From Octopus vulgaris (taxonomy: Eukaryota): DNA of 64,000 nucleotides. Numbering within the stretch: position 1 is the stretch's first letter; each line of letters opens with the position of its first letter. The notes below the pieces were generated by a model. That model saw only the letters and a list, made by a program, of their open reading frames with translations. It did no database searches and was not told the origin of the DNA. Both the position numbers and the translations under genes were made by a program. The DNA lies in NCBI GenBank assembly GCA_951406725.2, contig OX597818.1, positions 59,210,001 through 59,274,000 on the forward strand, in the 5' to 3' direction. Positions 27,451-41,644 of the stretch are shown here, piece after piece.

Positions 27451-29039
27451 TTAAAGCAGATGTGTGCAATTGAGAAACACACACACAAAGACACATACAT
27501 ATACGACGGGCTTCCAAGAAGCTTCCCTCTCAAGTTCACTCAGAATATATTGATCCACCTGTAACCATATTAGAAGACGCTACCCTGTGTAAAGTGCCGT
27601 GCAGGAGGTTTGAACCTAAAACGAAGTAGCTGCAGAATGAGTTTCTTAGCCACTCATGCAAAATGTCACCTCATAAACAAAATTTTGTTGTTTGTGTTCG
27701 TTACTGAAAGCAGCTTCGTCTTAAAATTTATTTTCAATCTTTCCTAGTCTGGATGGCTTCCTATTTATGTTTCCTCACCAGATGTACGTTAAATAATATA
27801 TGAAGACATTAAAAATCCTATTCAAATGTTCTCAGTCTCTTCCTGCATTTGTCTGACAAACCTAAGTAAATAAAACTCCATTGTGAAAAGTGTAAAGAAT
27901 TAAGAACACGAAGAACCAATATTGTGTTACACATTTTCTCGAAATATATTTTGTTGTTCTTAGGCGATTGGAATTCGATAATATTGTATCGGTGTGTGCT
28001 TTTGTCTATTGTGTTTGCCGATTTACGAGTGACAATAGTAGAATTTTAGCGACATACATTTAAATGTGGTTCAAAAATTTATATTGACCAAATGTGAATT
28101 ACAACAACAAATATATACCTAGTTGGAAAGCAGTATTCAGTAAGTTAAAACTGAGGCCTTCCATTCCTCCTATTAGTCGATTTACAACTTCACATTGACG
28201 TGGATGTAGAACAATTTATCCATAAAACAATCTATCTACCACCTACTAGTTCAAGGGGAAAAAAGCACGTGTCAAGCACTGGAGTCAATGTACTATAACA
28301 TTAACTATAATTAAGTATAACCCGAGTTAAATATAATTAATTATAACCTGGTTGTGTGATCTTGTGTTTGTGATAGAAACATTTGTCCCTGACAAAATTG
28401 TCGGAGTAAATGAGTTGAAATATTTCTTCTTGCTATTTATATTCGGAATCCATATCCCGGTAAGTTTATCTGTGTTTTGTCCATTCCGAAAGAACGAAAG
28501 ACATAATACCATTCAAATCCTTTATCCAATGTCATCGAGTATCTCCATGACTTCGGAATTGCTGGTTGCGTAACAAAATCAGAAACAACAGTATTATTAG
28601 GAATCGAATTCTGCTGAAATTAACAGTGGTCTTTGCTATTATATTTAATCTGTAATTACAACATATAATATCAAGACTGGAATACTTCCCCTACGTTTTG
28701 CTTGATGTATTCGCCTGACCAAATACATGTTCTCTGTTGCCTGCGATGTATTAGGGTCATTCATCTTTAAAATTCTTCGTGCTTTCCTTCTTAACAAACG
28801 AATAACGAATTGTTACAAGCAGGTTTCTTTAACCATTCACATATCTGCCTTGATACTCAATCCTTCCAGGTGCTCCTTGTCAAATCTGATTATATATACA
28901 GATTTGACTGAGTAAGTAGCTATATCCACTGGACAATATGCCAACACTACAACATAAAACCTTAGAAGTAATACTATAAACAAGTGCCAAATAATATGCA
29001 AGGCATCGACCAGGCCACAATCATCTTCAAACTGCAAAA

Positions 29040-29550
29040 GAAATGAGAGCTAATCTCCCAGAGATAACAATCTAAGGTTGAATAAAGATCGCCTCTTTAC
29101 TGATAGACATCGCAGTCCCTTTCTGAGCAAAATGCTTCCCTAAAAATAGTGGAGAAATTCTCAAAGTACAAAGACCTTGAAAATGAAATATTCAAGTCTA
29201 AGGCGTTGAAGTTGAAAACAATAACAGTAATATTGATGAGGTGCAGATGAGGGCAGCTGCATCGAACTCTCTCATGCACCAAATGACAGTTGCTAAAAAG
29301 CATTCGTGAAGTAAAATCATGTAGCAACACCGAATGGCGGTGCACCAGCATGGCCACAGCTCGTGAGCTGAAAGTAGATAAAATAAAAGTTTTAAAAAAA
29401 TAAATAAATAAATACTTAGATCACTGGATATGATAGAAAAAGAGACGTATAAAGAAAAAAGATGTAGCTATATCTTGATCCCCAACACAACATGCTATCA
29501 AAGAAATAGCGCTGTTAGCGTACCTTATATCGGACGGAAGATAGTATCTA
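29040..29550 (+). pseudogene. R4/Dong-like endonuclease-domain relic, interrupted
   Basis: LLIDIAVP..NASLKIVEKFSKYKDLENEI; a SINE/LINE-type tail (ggtgcaccagcatggccacagc) sits at 29335-29390. Confidence 0.6.
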
Positions 29551-30123
29551 TTCGATAATACTGTCTAAACAAAACAATCTACAAAAACGAGACATACTCT
29601 ATACAGTAAATATCCAATGAAATGAACAACCACCACAACCTGTGCACTACAGGCCGAGTACCCAACAGAAGAACACAACTCGCATTACACACACAGCACA
29701 CGATACAAAATGTAATACAAGAAATAATTGCAGCTAGATCCTATTTCGAAATGAGCTGAGGCAATACAGTACCGGGATGTGTGCATTACCCCAACAACAA
29801 AAGGAACTCACAATAGTGCATACACCGCAGCAAAACGGGAGAGTCCGAACGAGCTGTACAAATGATTTCTTTATAGTGAGCCTCTATAACGCATGTCGTC
29901 ATCTGCGCTCGTTTCAATCTCATTGAATCCATTCAATTAGGTGCTGTCTTCTACACAAGCTTTAAGTACTGGAAATTTATTGTTTTCATCTTCCCTTCCT
30001 TTCCTTACACAAAGCATCGAATCGCAGTACAACTAGATAATTCGATCTTTTATGCCATTGAAACTGGCCCTCACGTTCTTGCACATTTTATATACCAATC
30101 CTCATTCGAATGTATTTGCAACA

Positions 30124-30271
30124 GGCGCAGGAGTGGCTGTGTGGTAAGTAGCTTGCCTACCAACCTCATGGTTCCGGGTTCAGTCCCAATGCGTGGCACC
30201 TTGGGCAAGTGTCTTCTACTATAGCCATGTGAGTGGATTTGGTAGACGGAAACTGAAAGAAGCCCGTCGTA

Positions 30272-30343
<72 letters not shown>

Positions 30344-30540
30344 CGTGTGTGTGTTTGTCCCCTAGCATTGCTTGACAACCGATGCTGGTGTGTTTATGTC
30401 CCCGTCACCTAGCGGTTCGGCAAAAAGAGACCGATAGAATAAATACTGGGCTTACAAAGAATAAGTCCCGGGGTCGAGTTGCTCGACTAAAGGTGGTGCT
30501 CCAGCATGGCCGCAGTCAATTGACTGGAACAAGTAAAGAG
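30124..30540 (+). mobile_element. SINE family A
   Basis: Near full-length copy. Confidence 0.9.
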
Positions 30541-30649
30541 CTTAGTTGTTATATTAAATGTATAGACTATTACTTTGCAAATATCTTAAATTCGTGCATG
30601 AAGACCAGTTTAAGCATTCGGTTTTTAGCTTTCTGTCATTCATATTGTT

Positions 30650-31300
30650 ATTAACGCGATAAGAAATATCTAGGCAAACAAGAATAATTCCTTTGAAAAC
30701 ATTTTTGTCAACGGCTCCAGGCCCCAGTGATTGAATGTTAAACATGTAGGACAACATACTAACTCTGAAAATGTTTAGCATAAGAGAAAACCGCATCAGC
30801 ATTATCAGTGGCTCTACAACCCAATGCTCGCGCAGCATCATGGCTTCTTTTCGGTTATCTACCGTTATCTGCCGTTCATCATACTTTTGCCCATGAACAA
30901 GTGATTTCGACGTCGTTTGAATGTTCCTTCAACATCTTTAGTTGAATAGGTAGTTAATTACTTCGCCCCACATGAATGTAAATTTACTCAGAAAAAATTG
31001 CTTGCTTCTAATTTCTGTTACAGCTTGAGATAGACAATATATCAATAAGTTTCAACTGCAGTTGTCCTTCCTTGGGTCTTTCTTGATCAAATATTCAATC
31101 TACTCCTCGGAATTTGCCTGTGTTAGATGGTCATTTAGATGGTTTGCGATTTTGCCGTTATACGTATGGACTGTATGTGTGTATTTAATTATTCATTGCC
31201 TACATTATAACAAAACATTCCTCGTGTCGCATTATGTTGTTGGCGGCGTGGGAAAGATGTTTCGACTGGATGTGCATGGAAAAAGAACTAGCTATTAAAC
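30650..31300 (-). pseudogene. Highly degraded mariner-like relic
   Basis: Minus-strand remnants resembling the mariner N-terminus (ERQITVDNRKEAM) and C-terminal region. Confidence 0.4.
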
Positions 31301-32470
31301 ATGTGGAAATAAATCTCTTTTATTAGCATTTTACCCAGAAACAGAATGAAACAGCTGTTATTTGTAACAATGGTCATATTTCATAATGAGAAAGTGACAG
31401 ACCACTGAACATAAAAGTAAAAGCAGGTGTTGGGTGAGTTAAAAGCTATTCACCATACAGGTACACAACGCAAATTGTGAAATGGAAACTGACAGTTTTT
31501 CATCCAACATATTACGAACTAACGAAAGATACAATGGAAAATGCATACGAAACTCGCGCTTAAAATTTCCCACAGAGTAAATGGGGACTAGTCATGTAGA
31601 GTTTGATAAGCACAGAATATTATAAAATAACTTAAACCAGTGCTATGAAGATAATTTCTAAAATATCATAGACACGAGATTTTCCTGGCGCTGCTGAGAG
31701 ACTTGTTGAAACATTTCCATAACCGATACGGAATTTACGCGCCAGTACAAAAGTAAGTAGTACGTGCGTCCTTAGCACTAATTGAAACCGTATATGATCT
31801 AAGCTATACAAATAAATTCTAGCTCTTCATGTAAATCACAACTTGTAATAATCGACGGATTCTTTGTTTTAATATATTCATATATAGCCTTATATCCTAA
31901 AGAATAACGAACCATGACCAATAACGCAATTTCTATAACAAACTAATATCTCCTCACCACAACTTTCTAACACCTCAGACTTTACGAAGAAACACTTCCC
32001 TCCCATTTTCCCCATAACCCCCTTTATACACATCGAATTCCCCTTCTTACGTAGACGGTACCAAAATATTAGATTACGCGGCCTCGCAAATTCCAAGAGC
32101 ACTGCTTTCTAAAGGTTAGGCCCACCGAACAATGAAACTCATAGCACCATCGAACGAAGATGTGAAAACCAAAATAGAGAAGTGACTGTCAGCATTTTAC
32201 ACATGAAATATTAAAAGTGTTGATATATTCGTGAATAAGAGACTAAAGGGCGTAAGTGGATATATTGTTTAGGAAAATACTATTTACATGTCTCAGGGTT
32301 GTACTGGATAAATTGTGGAAATAATTCTAACAGTTCAAATACTAAGAAATAAGCATACAGAATTTGATATAAGCCAAAATATCTAAGAAAATGAATGGGT
32401 TAGTTGCCTTGGCTATATATAAGGATACTTTCCAGGGGTGAATGGGTTATTTACCTTGGCTTTTAAAATA

Positions 32471-32533
<63 letters not shown>

Positions 32534-33512
32534 AAGAATCCCTACAACGGGCCCAATTATCGATTTTTTCGTGAGGTTTCCAGACATAACTTCTACTGTG
32601 TCAAATTTCATCAAACTCGATAAAACAATATAGGTGGAGTTAGCTAACAACTCCACAAACACACCCACACACAGAATTTCCCACCTATGTAGTAGATATG
32701 TGTGTGTGTGCGAGCGTGTGTATGTATATAATCTTGCTCCTCCTCAGACGTTTTTGTTTCTTTTGTGGTAAAAGTTTAAGGGCCATTGAAAACATTTCAT
32801 TGATTCCCGTTGCCGTTACACCCATAACTTGAAAGAGATAAATGGCTAAATACTGAAACGAGAAATCGAGTGTCAAGAAATTACAAAGAAGAGTTTACGA
32901 AACGTTTTGCGTTTATTTTTCTTCTATTACTGCTTAGGATTTTCTTGAAAATATATTGTTCCATTTAACATGAGCAAACTGTTTAAACATACTTCAATAT
33001 TTTGTCTCCCCGAATCTGATAACCTTTCTATTGAAGTATATAATATTTAAAATTATCTAAATATCTCCACAACCCTATAGAATATAATAAGTAATTTATG
33101 GGAAGACGAACAATACTTATCGAACAAATCACTTTCTTTACTTGCATTGTAGGAATAATAGAGGATTAAAGGTGGATAGGCTATCTATTGATTACTCCTA
33201 ATATGTTTTTATACTTAACATACATTTCCACTGTGGTGTACGGTACGAAAATGTAGAGAGATCTGAAAAGCTGAAGGCAATGAAAGAAGTCGCATAACAT
33301 TTTATGCATAAGTTTGGACACTTAACTCTTTACAATCTACAAAGGATTGATCACCCATGTATCAAAACTCCTTGATGTTACTCAGCTGCCATATTTTCTA
33401 CTTCTCTTTGTGCTTTAACCGCAACATTTCCGATGGCTAGGTGTAGCAAAACGAATAATATCTCGGATGTTTAACTCCATCGGCATAAAACACTAGTCGT
33501 AAATAGGGAAGC

Positions 33513-33544
<32 letters not shown>

Positions 33545-33559
33545 CATACAAACATACAT

Positions 33560-33633
<74 letters not shown>

Positions 33634-33634
33634 G

Positions 33635-33770
33635 GTTCAAATTAGCAGAAAGCAAATTCGAAGATAGGTGAAGGAACAGCAAGCACTCTATCAGTCCAAC
33701 GTTCGGGAAGGACGGAAACGAACATTGACGTGTTGATGCTACGCTCTTGGATCGAAAAAAAATACGTTTT
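33635..33770 (-). mobile_element. Decayed Penelope-like terminal fragment related to 36270-36466
   Basis: Aligns by eye to the reverse complement of 36340-36466; abuts (TA)n. Confidence 0.5.
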
Positions 33771-35189
33771 CTTTCTTACTTTATTGAGCCAAACAATTGG
33801 AGCTCCTTTTATTGAGCCAAACAATTGGAGCTATCTTTGTCTTTAGGAATCTGCTCCAGATTTTCCCGACATTCACAGGTCTTTAATGAGATCAGAAGCA
33901 GATCTTTCCACAGCGAACCATCACTATGGTGTGTATTACATCCTTGATCTTTTCTGCATTAAAATCTGTAATGCAAGATCTTCGCTACCATGTTGACGGA
34001 GGCTTGGCTCATACAATGTTAATTGCATCCATACGATCGTATGTTGTGATGAACTAAATCTACCAAAATTATTATGAGTCACCTGGCTCCCAGAAGCACC
34101 TTTCTTCCACTCCTTTAATTTACCTGTCGTTTGTACTCTCTGGAGGTTGGGCTTATTAATATAAACGTCTATATATTCATGCATAAAAATACAATAACTG
34201 AAAGTTTCCAACTATTGCTACATATATATTTTTAATTGATGTATTTTATATATTTCATGTGCTTAATTTTGTTTATCCGTAAAGTTGTTTCTATACACAC
34301 ACAGCCTCTTACAACATTTCTTGACCTCGCGAAATGACCCCTTGTAAAGACATTGAAGACTAAGTTTGAATCTTCTGAGCATTAACTAAGAGTCTTCGTT
34401 ACGGAGGATCTCAGGATCACAAACACACGCACACACACATACACACACACATACACACTCAGACGTGTATATATATATATATATATGTATATGAATATAT
34501 ATAAAATGAAAGAAAAACGCAATAGATGACAATAAGAAATTCGAACAGATAGACGATACAAAGGCGGAGAAGAGAAGCAACAATTGGAAGGATAGGCAAA
34601 CAAAGATGGGTCATTTGTGAACTTCAGTCCTCAGTCAAGTATACCAGACGTCATTACTGTTTCGACTTGTGACAGATCGATCTGGCTGACCCCCAAAAAT
34701 TCTATGCTAAGAGCATTAGACGTTTTCGTAAGGAAGCTAATGAATGTGTACCGCAAAAAAGATAACAAATGGAGAACATGGTACAAAATGACGAATACAA
34801 AAAGAAGAATATAGCAACAGGTTCTTTCGACTGAGAAAGAATCAAATTGAGCTTGCATGTATGAATTGAAAGCCTTAAGGCAGGAACGTAGGAGATTGAC
34901 ATAAGAAGTGTTGGCACTCGAGAGTCAGGCCAAGAAACATAGATCATGGCTCGCTTAACACCGGTCACGTGGAAGGAGGGGAGAGAGGTAGAAGGAGCGG
35001 GCTTGAAGGATTAGAAAAAATATCAGACACAAAGGGAAATGTAAACGGTAGTTAAGCGAGGGGGAAAAGTGCGAGTTAAAGAGAGGGCCAAGAAATGTGA
35101 GAAAGATAGTGGGAGGGAGGAAAAGAAAGTGTGAGGAGTACTAAAGATAGAGTAAGTGTCGAACGAAATTTAGATACATACCTACTGTA

Positions 35190-36037
35190 ATATAGAGGAT
35201 CGTCGTCGATGCCTCCACCAAATGTGGAAGTGGTCTAACAATTGGGACCTGTGTCTGAACGTGTCAAAGTGCTGTCATCTGCCTGTCGGCTCTACTCCTG
35301 CAACTCAACTTGATTTCGAACCGGGTCGTCTGCTGCTGGAGAGGACCGATCAGGTAAAGGACCTAGGTATCTTGGTGGATTCCTCCTTTTCGCCTTCGGC
35401 CCAGTGCGTCCATGCTGCCAACAAAGCACGCGGAATTCTGTTCTTGATTCGACGGTCATTCGGAATGCTCACAGCAGCCATATTCCTACCACTCTGTGTC
35501 ACGCTGGAGAGACCCATATTGGAGTATGGGATTCAAGCCTCTTCTCCTTATCTCCTCAAAGACATACAGCATCTCGAAAGAGTCCAGAAGCTGGCTACCC
35601 GCATGGTTCATGGTCTCAAAAATTTGTCCTACGAAGAAAGGCTGAGGACGCTCGACCTTTATTCTCTTGAAAAACGCCGCCGCCGTGGTGATCTCATTCT
35701 CGCCCACAACACCATAAGCGGAAAGTGTAACCTCTCGAAAGAGCTGTTCTTCACTCCTGCTCCAGAGCGTCGGCTGCGGGGTCATTCCGAAAAGCTCTAC
35801 CTGCGACGATTTCATCTCAATCGAAGGAGAGGAGCTTTCTCCGTCCGGGTTGCGGATCCGTGGAACAAGCTGCCAGACGAGATGGTGAAGATGCCGACGA
35901 CCGCTTTGTTCAAAGCCTCCCTGGACCTCAAGTGGCCTGAACTCTTTACATGAACACCACCCTGTACCAAACTCCATGTCCCCCTACGTGGCCTTGCTAT
36001 TTGCTTTTGAGCCAAATTAACTAACTAACTAACTAAC
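35190..36037 (+). mobile_element. CR1/L2-group LINE, 5'-truncated ORF2 C-terminus with (CTAA)n tail
   Basis: ORF 35222-35953: W..NWDLCLNVSKC, KDLGILVD, RPILEYG, LERVQKLATR, LSYEERLRTLDLYSLEKRRRRGDLI. Confidence 0.92.
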
Positions 36038-36215
36038 ATAAGGTGAGCACAAGTGTGTACGTACGCCGCTATATGCATATATAAAAAATGGAACCAAAAC
36101 GCAATAGAAGACAATAGAATATTCAGACAGATAGACAATACAAAGGCAGACAGGAGAAACAAGAATTAGAAGGACAGGCAAAAATAGACGGGTCATTCGT
36201 TGCCCTTCTCTTTCT

Positions 36216-36269
<54 letters not shown>

Positions 36270-36464
36270 ACACATTATGTTGGACCGTTAATCCTTACAC
36301 ATTTTATCTTCTTTCTCTCTCCGTATGTTTCCCTCTCATTCCTTTCTATCCTAGGGCGAAGCCCCGAAATGTCAAAGGCGTTTCCATCCCTCCCAAGCCT
36401 TAAACTTATAAAGTTGGTTGGTCTTCCTTCACCGACTTCGATTTTATTTTCTGTAAATTTGAAC

Positions 36465-36466
<2 letters not shown>
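36270..36466 (+). mobile_element. Penelope-like terminal fragment with dead hammerhead scaffold (36341-36378)
   Basis: ccttt-[ctatcct]-a-gggcgaagcccc-GAAA-tg-TC-aaagg; located between (TA)n tracts. Confidence 0.5.
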
Positions 36467-36507
<41 letters not shown>

Positions 36508-36615
36508 ATCATGTGACCGACCAGTCCATCAGATGTAGTTACACATCGATGGTCACAATGCGTTCGCATTGTTTTAGCCTTCGAATGACGCCACCCCGCT
36601 GGCTAAGTTAGCAGG

Positions 36616-36692
<77 letters not shown>

Positions 36693-37659
36693 ACATATGT
36701 ATATTTATGTATACATGTACGTATATATGTTTGTATGTATTTATGTATTTATATGTACTTATATGTATAAGTACACATATACACATGCATACATACACGC
36801 ACATACATATATGTATCTTTGTATATATGTGTGTTTGTGTGTTTAGATACATATAAACACACAATTACTTCTATACATACATGAAGGATGGTTGCTTTTG
36901 AGTTATTGTCTCGTTGTTTGGGTCTTGTATGTGTATAAAGGCGCATTATCTAAATTACACAAGTGTTATCACTATCAGCCAATTAGCTTGTTAGCTGTCT
37001 AATTAACTTACCAAGTATTTGATTCCGTTCATCACAGTTTTCTCGGTACACTCTGTGACCTCATTTACTCTGTTTCTCTCAAAGATTCTTCCTGACAGAA
37101 GCAAAATAGAAGTAGTCACATCATGAAATACTTTAAATTCAGACCCTTAATAGAAAGTAAGGGAATCTAGTTTTTCACTTTTTCTTCCTACACGATATCC
37201 ACTATTCAATTCACGATGTCAGAATCCCATTAAAGATTTTTATTTAGCTGCACGACCACACCCTAAAAGAATAAAACTGAACAATACAGAAAGAAAACAA
37301 CTGGAGAAGGATAGTAAACAAACGGCATCTCAGCAAAATCGTTGCCACTATGAGAGCGTTTGGCAATAGAAAAAGTGATGCTTGCAGATTTTTGTTGGCA
37401 AAAACGCTCCGGAAAAGTTGCGCAGAAGCGTGATTTCAAATCTGCCATAGTGAATTTTCTAATTATTTCTCGATTATTTCATGAAATCAGGTATTAATCA
37501 TGCGCTAAAAGCTACATGACTGACTCTTCATTCCTTGAAAATAAGAAAGTCATTAACAATTGTTGCGTGGAAGGTGTTTATAAGTTATTTCAAAACACAA
37601 AAACTGTTAGATTCACTTCAACATTTAAAATTAAACCGAGTTCGATTCCAGGCAATCAA

Positions 37660-38020
<361 letters not shown>

Positions 38021-38077
38021 TTATAACAGCATCGAAAATACCTTAGGAATGAGAACCCAGGTTCGAAATTTCTCGAA

Positions 38078-38123
38078 GACACCTGATGAAGGCTGGAGGG
38101 TTTATTTGCTGAAACGTTGTGTT
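38078..38123 (+). ncRNA. Minimal type I hammerhead motif with eroded stem II
   Basis: gacac-CTGATGA-a-ggctg..ttgct-GAAA-cg-TT-gtgtt. Confidence 0.7.
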
Positions 38124-38197
38124 AACAACAAACAGGATGAGGACAAATATCCGTCAAATCTAGATAATGTAAAAGATCTAAATAAATTTGAAATTAA

Positions 38198-38248
38198 TTT
38201 GTCAAAATATTTTCGTCGTTTTGAAACCGCGACCTGTTCACTGACAAA
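38198..38248 (-). ncRNA. Minimal type I hammerhead motif, G3-C8 core variant
   Basis: Minus: tttgtca-GTGAACA-g-gtcg-cggtttcaaaa-cgac-GAAA-atat-TT-tgacaaa; 7-bp stem I, palindromic stem III. Confidence 0.65.
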
Positions 38249-38509
38249 ATTCGTGCTGCATCTCAATGTACAGGTTGCGGTTTCAAGGCGATGAAAGTAT
38301 TTTGTCAAATTAAATTCAAATGTTGAAGTGAAGCTAATGGTTTCTGTGTATTTTTAAATGGCTTATAAACACCTTCCACGCTGCAATTGTCTTCGTTTCA
38401 GCACACGATATCAGATCAAGTCACTTGCTATGCAAGTACATTTCTGTAATAAGAAAATAAATAAGATTATTTGAAATAATATTTGAGAACATGGTAAAGG
38501 ACAGCATTA

Positions 38510-38925
38510 TTCGAAGTAGGGTTGGTTAGTCGATTCATTAACATCAGTATTTAACTTCTAAATTACTTAATCCACCCTGACAGCATGAAAGGCAAAAGCA
38601 ACCTCCGCGATATATGAACACGTAAAGTGGCAAAAGAAATACCGCTAAGCAGTTTGTCTGTCTTGCCATAACTCTACCAGCTTGCTGCATCAATAATAAT
38701 AGTTCCAAACTTTCTCACAGGTCCAGCAATTTCTAAGGGACGAGAGAGGTCGGTTACATCGCCCCGCCTCCCACCGCCCGTCGCCAGTATTTGGCTAGCA
38801 ATTACTTACTCTATTGAAATCGAAAGAATGAAAAGCAAAGTTGACCTCGGTGGAATTTGAACTCAGAATATAATGACGAACCGTTAAGCATTTTATCCGC
38901 AAGCTAACAAGATTCTGCCAGTTTA
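38510..38925 (-). mobile_element. Two degenerate SINE family B copies in tandem
   Basis: atgaaaggcaaaagcaacctcc and atgaaaagcaaagttgacctcggtggaatttgaactcagaa. Confidence 0.65.
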
Positions 38926-39409
38926 CCGATAATGATGCTGGCCACATGCCCAGATTAGAAATAGTTGTTATCATATCAGTAAAACCTGCGACTATCAGAC
39001 TTGCCTTTCATCTCTCCATAAGGGACTTCAAAAGCCTGAAATTAGATAAGTAATGGGTCAGTATACATCACATCCCCTACTATAGCTGGCTTTTTAAGGG
39101 CGAGAACAGAGAGGAAAGAATTTAACAAGCAGTTAACCAATTGATCGTTTAATTAGCACACGGTCGATTAGTTAGATGCTTACATATTTAAATATTTGAT
39201 AATCAATAAAGAAGTGATATTGAATCCTGGCGTGTGTTATTACTATTTGCATCATGAACCTCCCAAAGCACAACATGATTTGTTACAACACATCAAGAAG
39301 TTTGGAAACTATATACGGAAATGAAGTATTATATTATAATTAATTCCAAATATTTCTTCGCATAGTAAGAAATTTTTTGTGTTAATATTTACTGTCGAAA
39401 TGGATTCAC

Positions 39410-39783
39410 TTACACACACATACACACACACACACACATACACACACACTTACACACACCTACACATACACACCCGCCCACACATGCACACACACTCATA
39501 CACACACACACACACACACACACTCCCACACACACACACACACACACACATACACACACGCACACACGCAAACACACATACCCATACACACACTCACCCA
39601 CACACAAATACACAAACATACACACACACACACATACATACACACACAAATACACACACAAATACACACCCACCCACACATGCACACACACACACAAATA
39701 CACACACACCCATACACCCCCCCCACACACACACACACACAAACACACATACACACACACACCCACACACACACCCATACACC

Positions 39784-39820
<37 letters not shown>

Positions 39821-39844
39821 ACACACACACATACACACACAGAT

Positions 39845-39877
<33 letters not shown>

Positions 39878-40070
39878 AATACACACCCACCCACACATGC
39901 ACACACACACTCATACACACACACAAATACACACACACCCATACACCCCCCACACACACAAACACACACACATACACACACGCACACACACACAAATACA
40001 CAAACACACACACACATATACACACACATACACACACACCCACACACCCCCCCCACACACACACACACAT
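39410..40070. repeat. Long cryptic (CA)n-derived minisatellite
   Basis: CA tract with recurring variant units (cacccacccacacatgcac; acaaatacac; cccatacacccc). Confidence 0.9.
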
Positions 40071-41454
40071 GTATGTATGCATATCATGTTAGTTGTGGTT
40101 GAGACATGTTTTCTACAAAACGGTTTCGCTAATTTTCTAGGTTACTCTGCAATGTCTGTATCTGTTGCTGCGAATGAATTCCTTGATTCAGCCTCAACCG
40201 CAATATTCTTTTAGATGGACGTAACGCTGATTAATTGGAGAGTCCTGAAAATGATTATTTATACACTCAGTTTTTTTGTTGCTTCCACATTTTGATTGCT
40301 TAATCAGTTTGATTTTCTTAATTAAGCCTTTTATTGCTTCGGGTTTTATCCATCGATCACTGTTGCTAGCTCATGCTCTTCGATTCTAGAAATTACTTCT
40401 GCGATTATTTAGTTTAATTAGAAACAAACAACATTTTAAAAAATAATGACCTGCAAGAGTAATTTTTAATTTTGTTGTACTTCTTTTCCTACTTCCCGAG
40501 TTAGCCATTATATATTGTTGTTTCTTTTTAATTAATTTTATTCCATTAATTAAAACTCTCTTGAAAGTCAAGTCTTTAGAGTAGGAATCCTCGATCTTTA
40601 TTGCAACAAACAAATTGTTGCATTTGGATACGCTGAACATGAAAATATAACAGTAATTATTTGTTCCTTATTTATTTTCGGGTCTGTATTTTTCATTTAA
40701 GCATCCTTTTCTTAAACATCGATACATATATTTCTTTTTTTTTTTTTTTTTTTTTTCACAATATTATCGAAAACATGGCTTCGCTCAATGACTTGCTGCT
40801 TATTTTTATTATTCGAATGTTGACTCACCTGACGAATTCTTTTAAAATTTCTACATCATTTTTTCTAGTTCATTGAATTTTGTAATGAGTTTCAAATACG
40901 ATGTTGCTGGTTGAAGTTTATTAATTGCTTCTGTCAATTATAATGAACCTACAGGTAAGTTATAGGTGATTTATTAGCGGTTAGCATGGAGAGCCATTTA
41001 TCTTCATCTGCATATTGTCATCGGCTATTTGATGAATGACCATATTCCGTATTTGTTTGCCAATAGTGTTTCAGAAGGCCTGGGGTCTTTTCCGCTTCGT
41101 TGGAGTTTTCTAAAAGTACATCATTTTAGGGCTTCACAGATCTATTTATCGAATTTTCGCAGTAGTTTCCACATTGGTTTGTAGTATCTGGTAGTACTTA
41201 ATTAAACTGCGTTGCATCTCATTCGACATACATACTTTGTGAAGCAACATTGACACAGGTAAACATTATCCAGACATATCGATCGTATTTAGAGTATGGT
41301 GTTGAAAGCTACGTTGTTATCCTCATTCAGTGGCTTTTAACGGGTGGCTAGCTGTACCATCCTGGGGTACAGAGGATTCGCAGTCTAGACTAGGGTCTGG
41401 AAGTTTACAACACCATAGTGGGTTACACCATGGTACATCTGCTTTGTGGTAGAA

Positions 41455-41644
41455 GTAGGAAGAAAGAGTGAGAGAAAGTTATGGTGAAAGAGTACAGCGG
41501 GGTTCACCACACCCCCACATCGGAGCCTCGTGAATCTTAGGTGTTTTTGCTCAATAAACACTCACAATACCCAGTCTGGGAATCGAAACTGCGTTCTTAC
41601 GAACGCGAGTCCGCTGCCTTAACCACTGGGCCACTGCGCCTCCA
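41455..41644 (-). mobile_element. SINE family C, 3'-truncated
   Basis: Matches 20960-21141. Confidence 0.85.

Noticed and set aside
28377-28459. Possible exon ending ccg|GTAAGT
   Set aside because: Mediocre acceptor and no recognisable peptide; expected by chance in 64 kb.
34620-34695. Minus-strand GAAAC..CTGAGGA suggesting a type II hammerhead
   Set aside because: Stems I and II cannot be paired consistently.
35486-35977. 163-aa minus-strand ORF
   Set aside because: Antisense shadow of the LINE ORF2.
40100-41330. Non-microsatellite island that might be coding
   Set aside because: No long ORF and no motif I can name; probably a decayed element.
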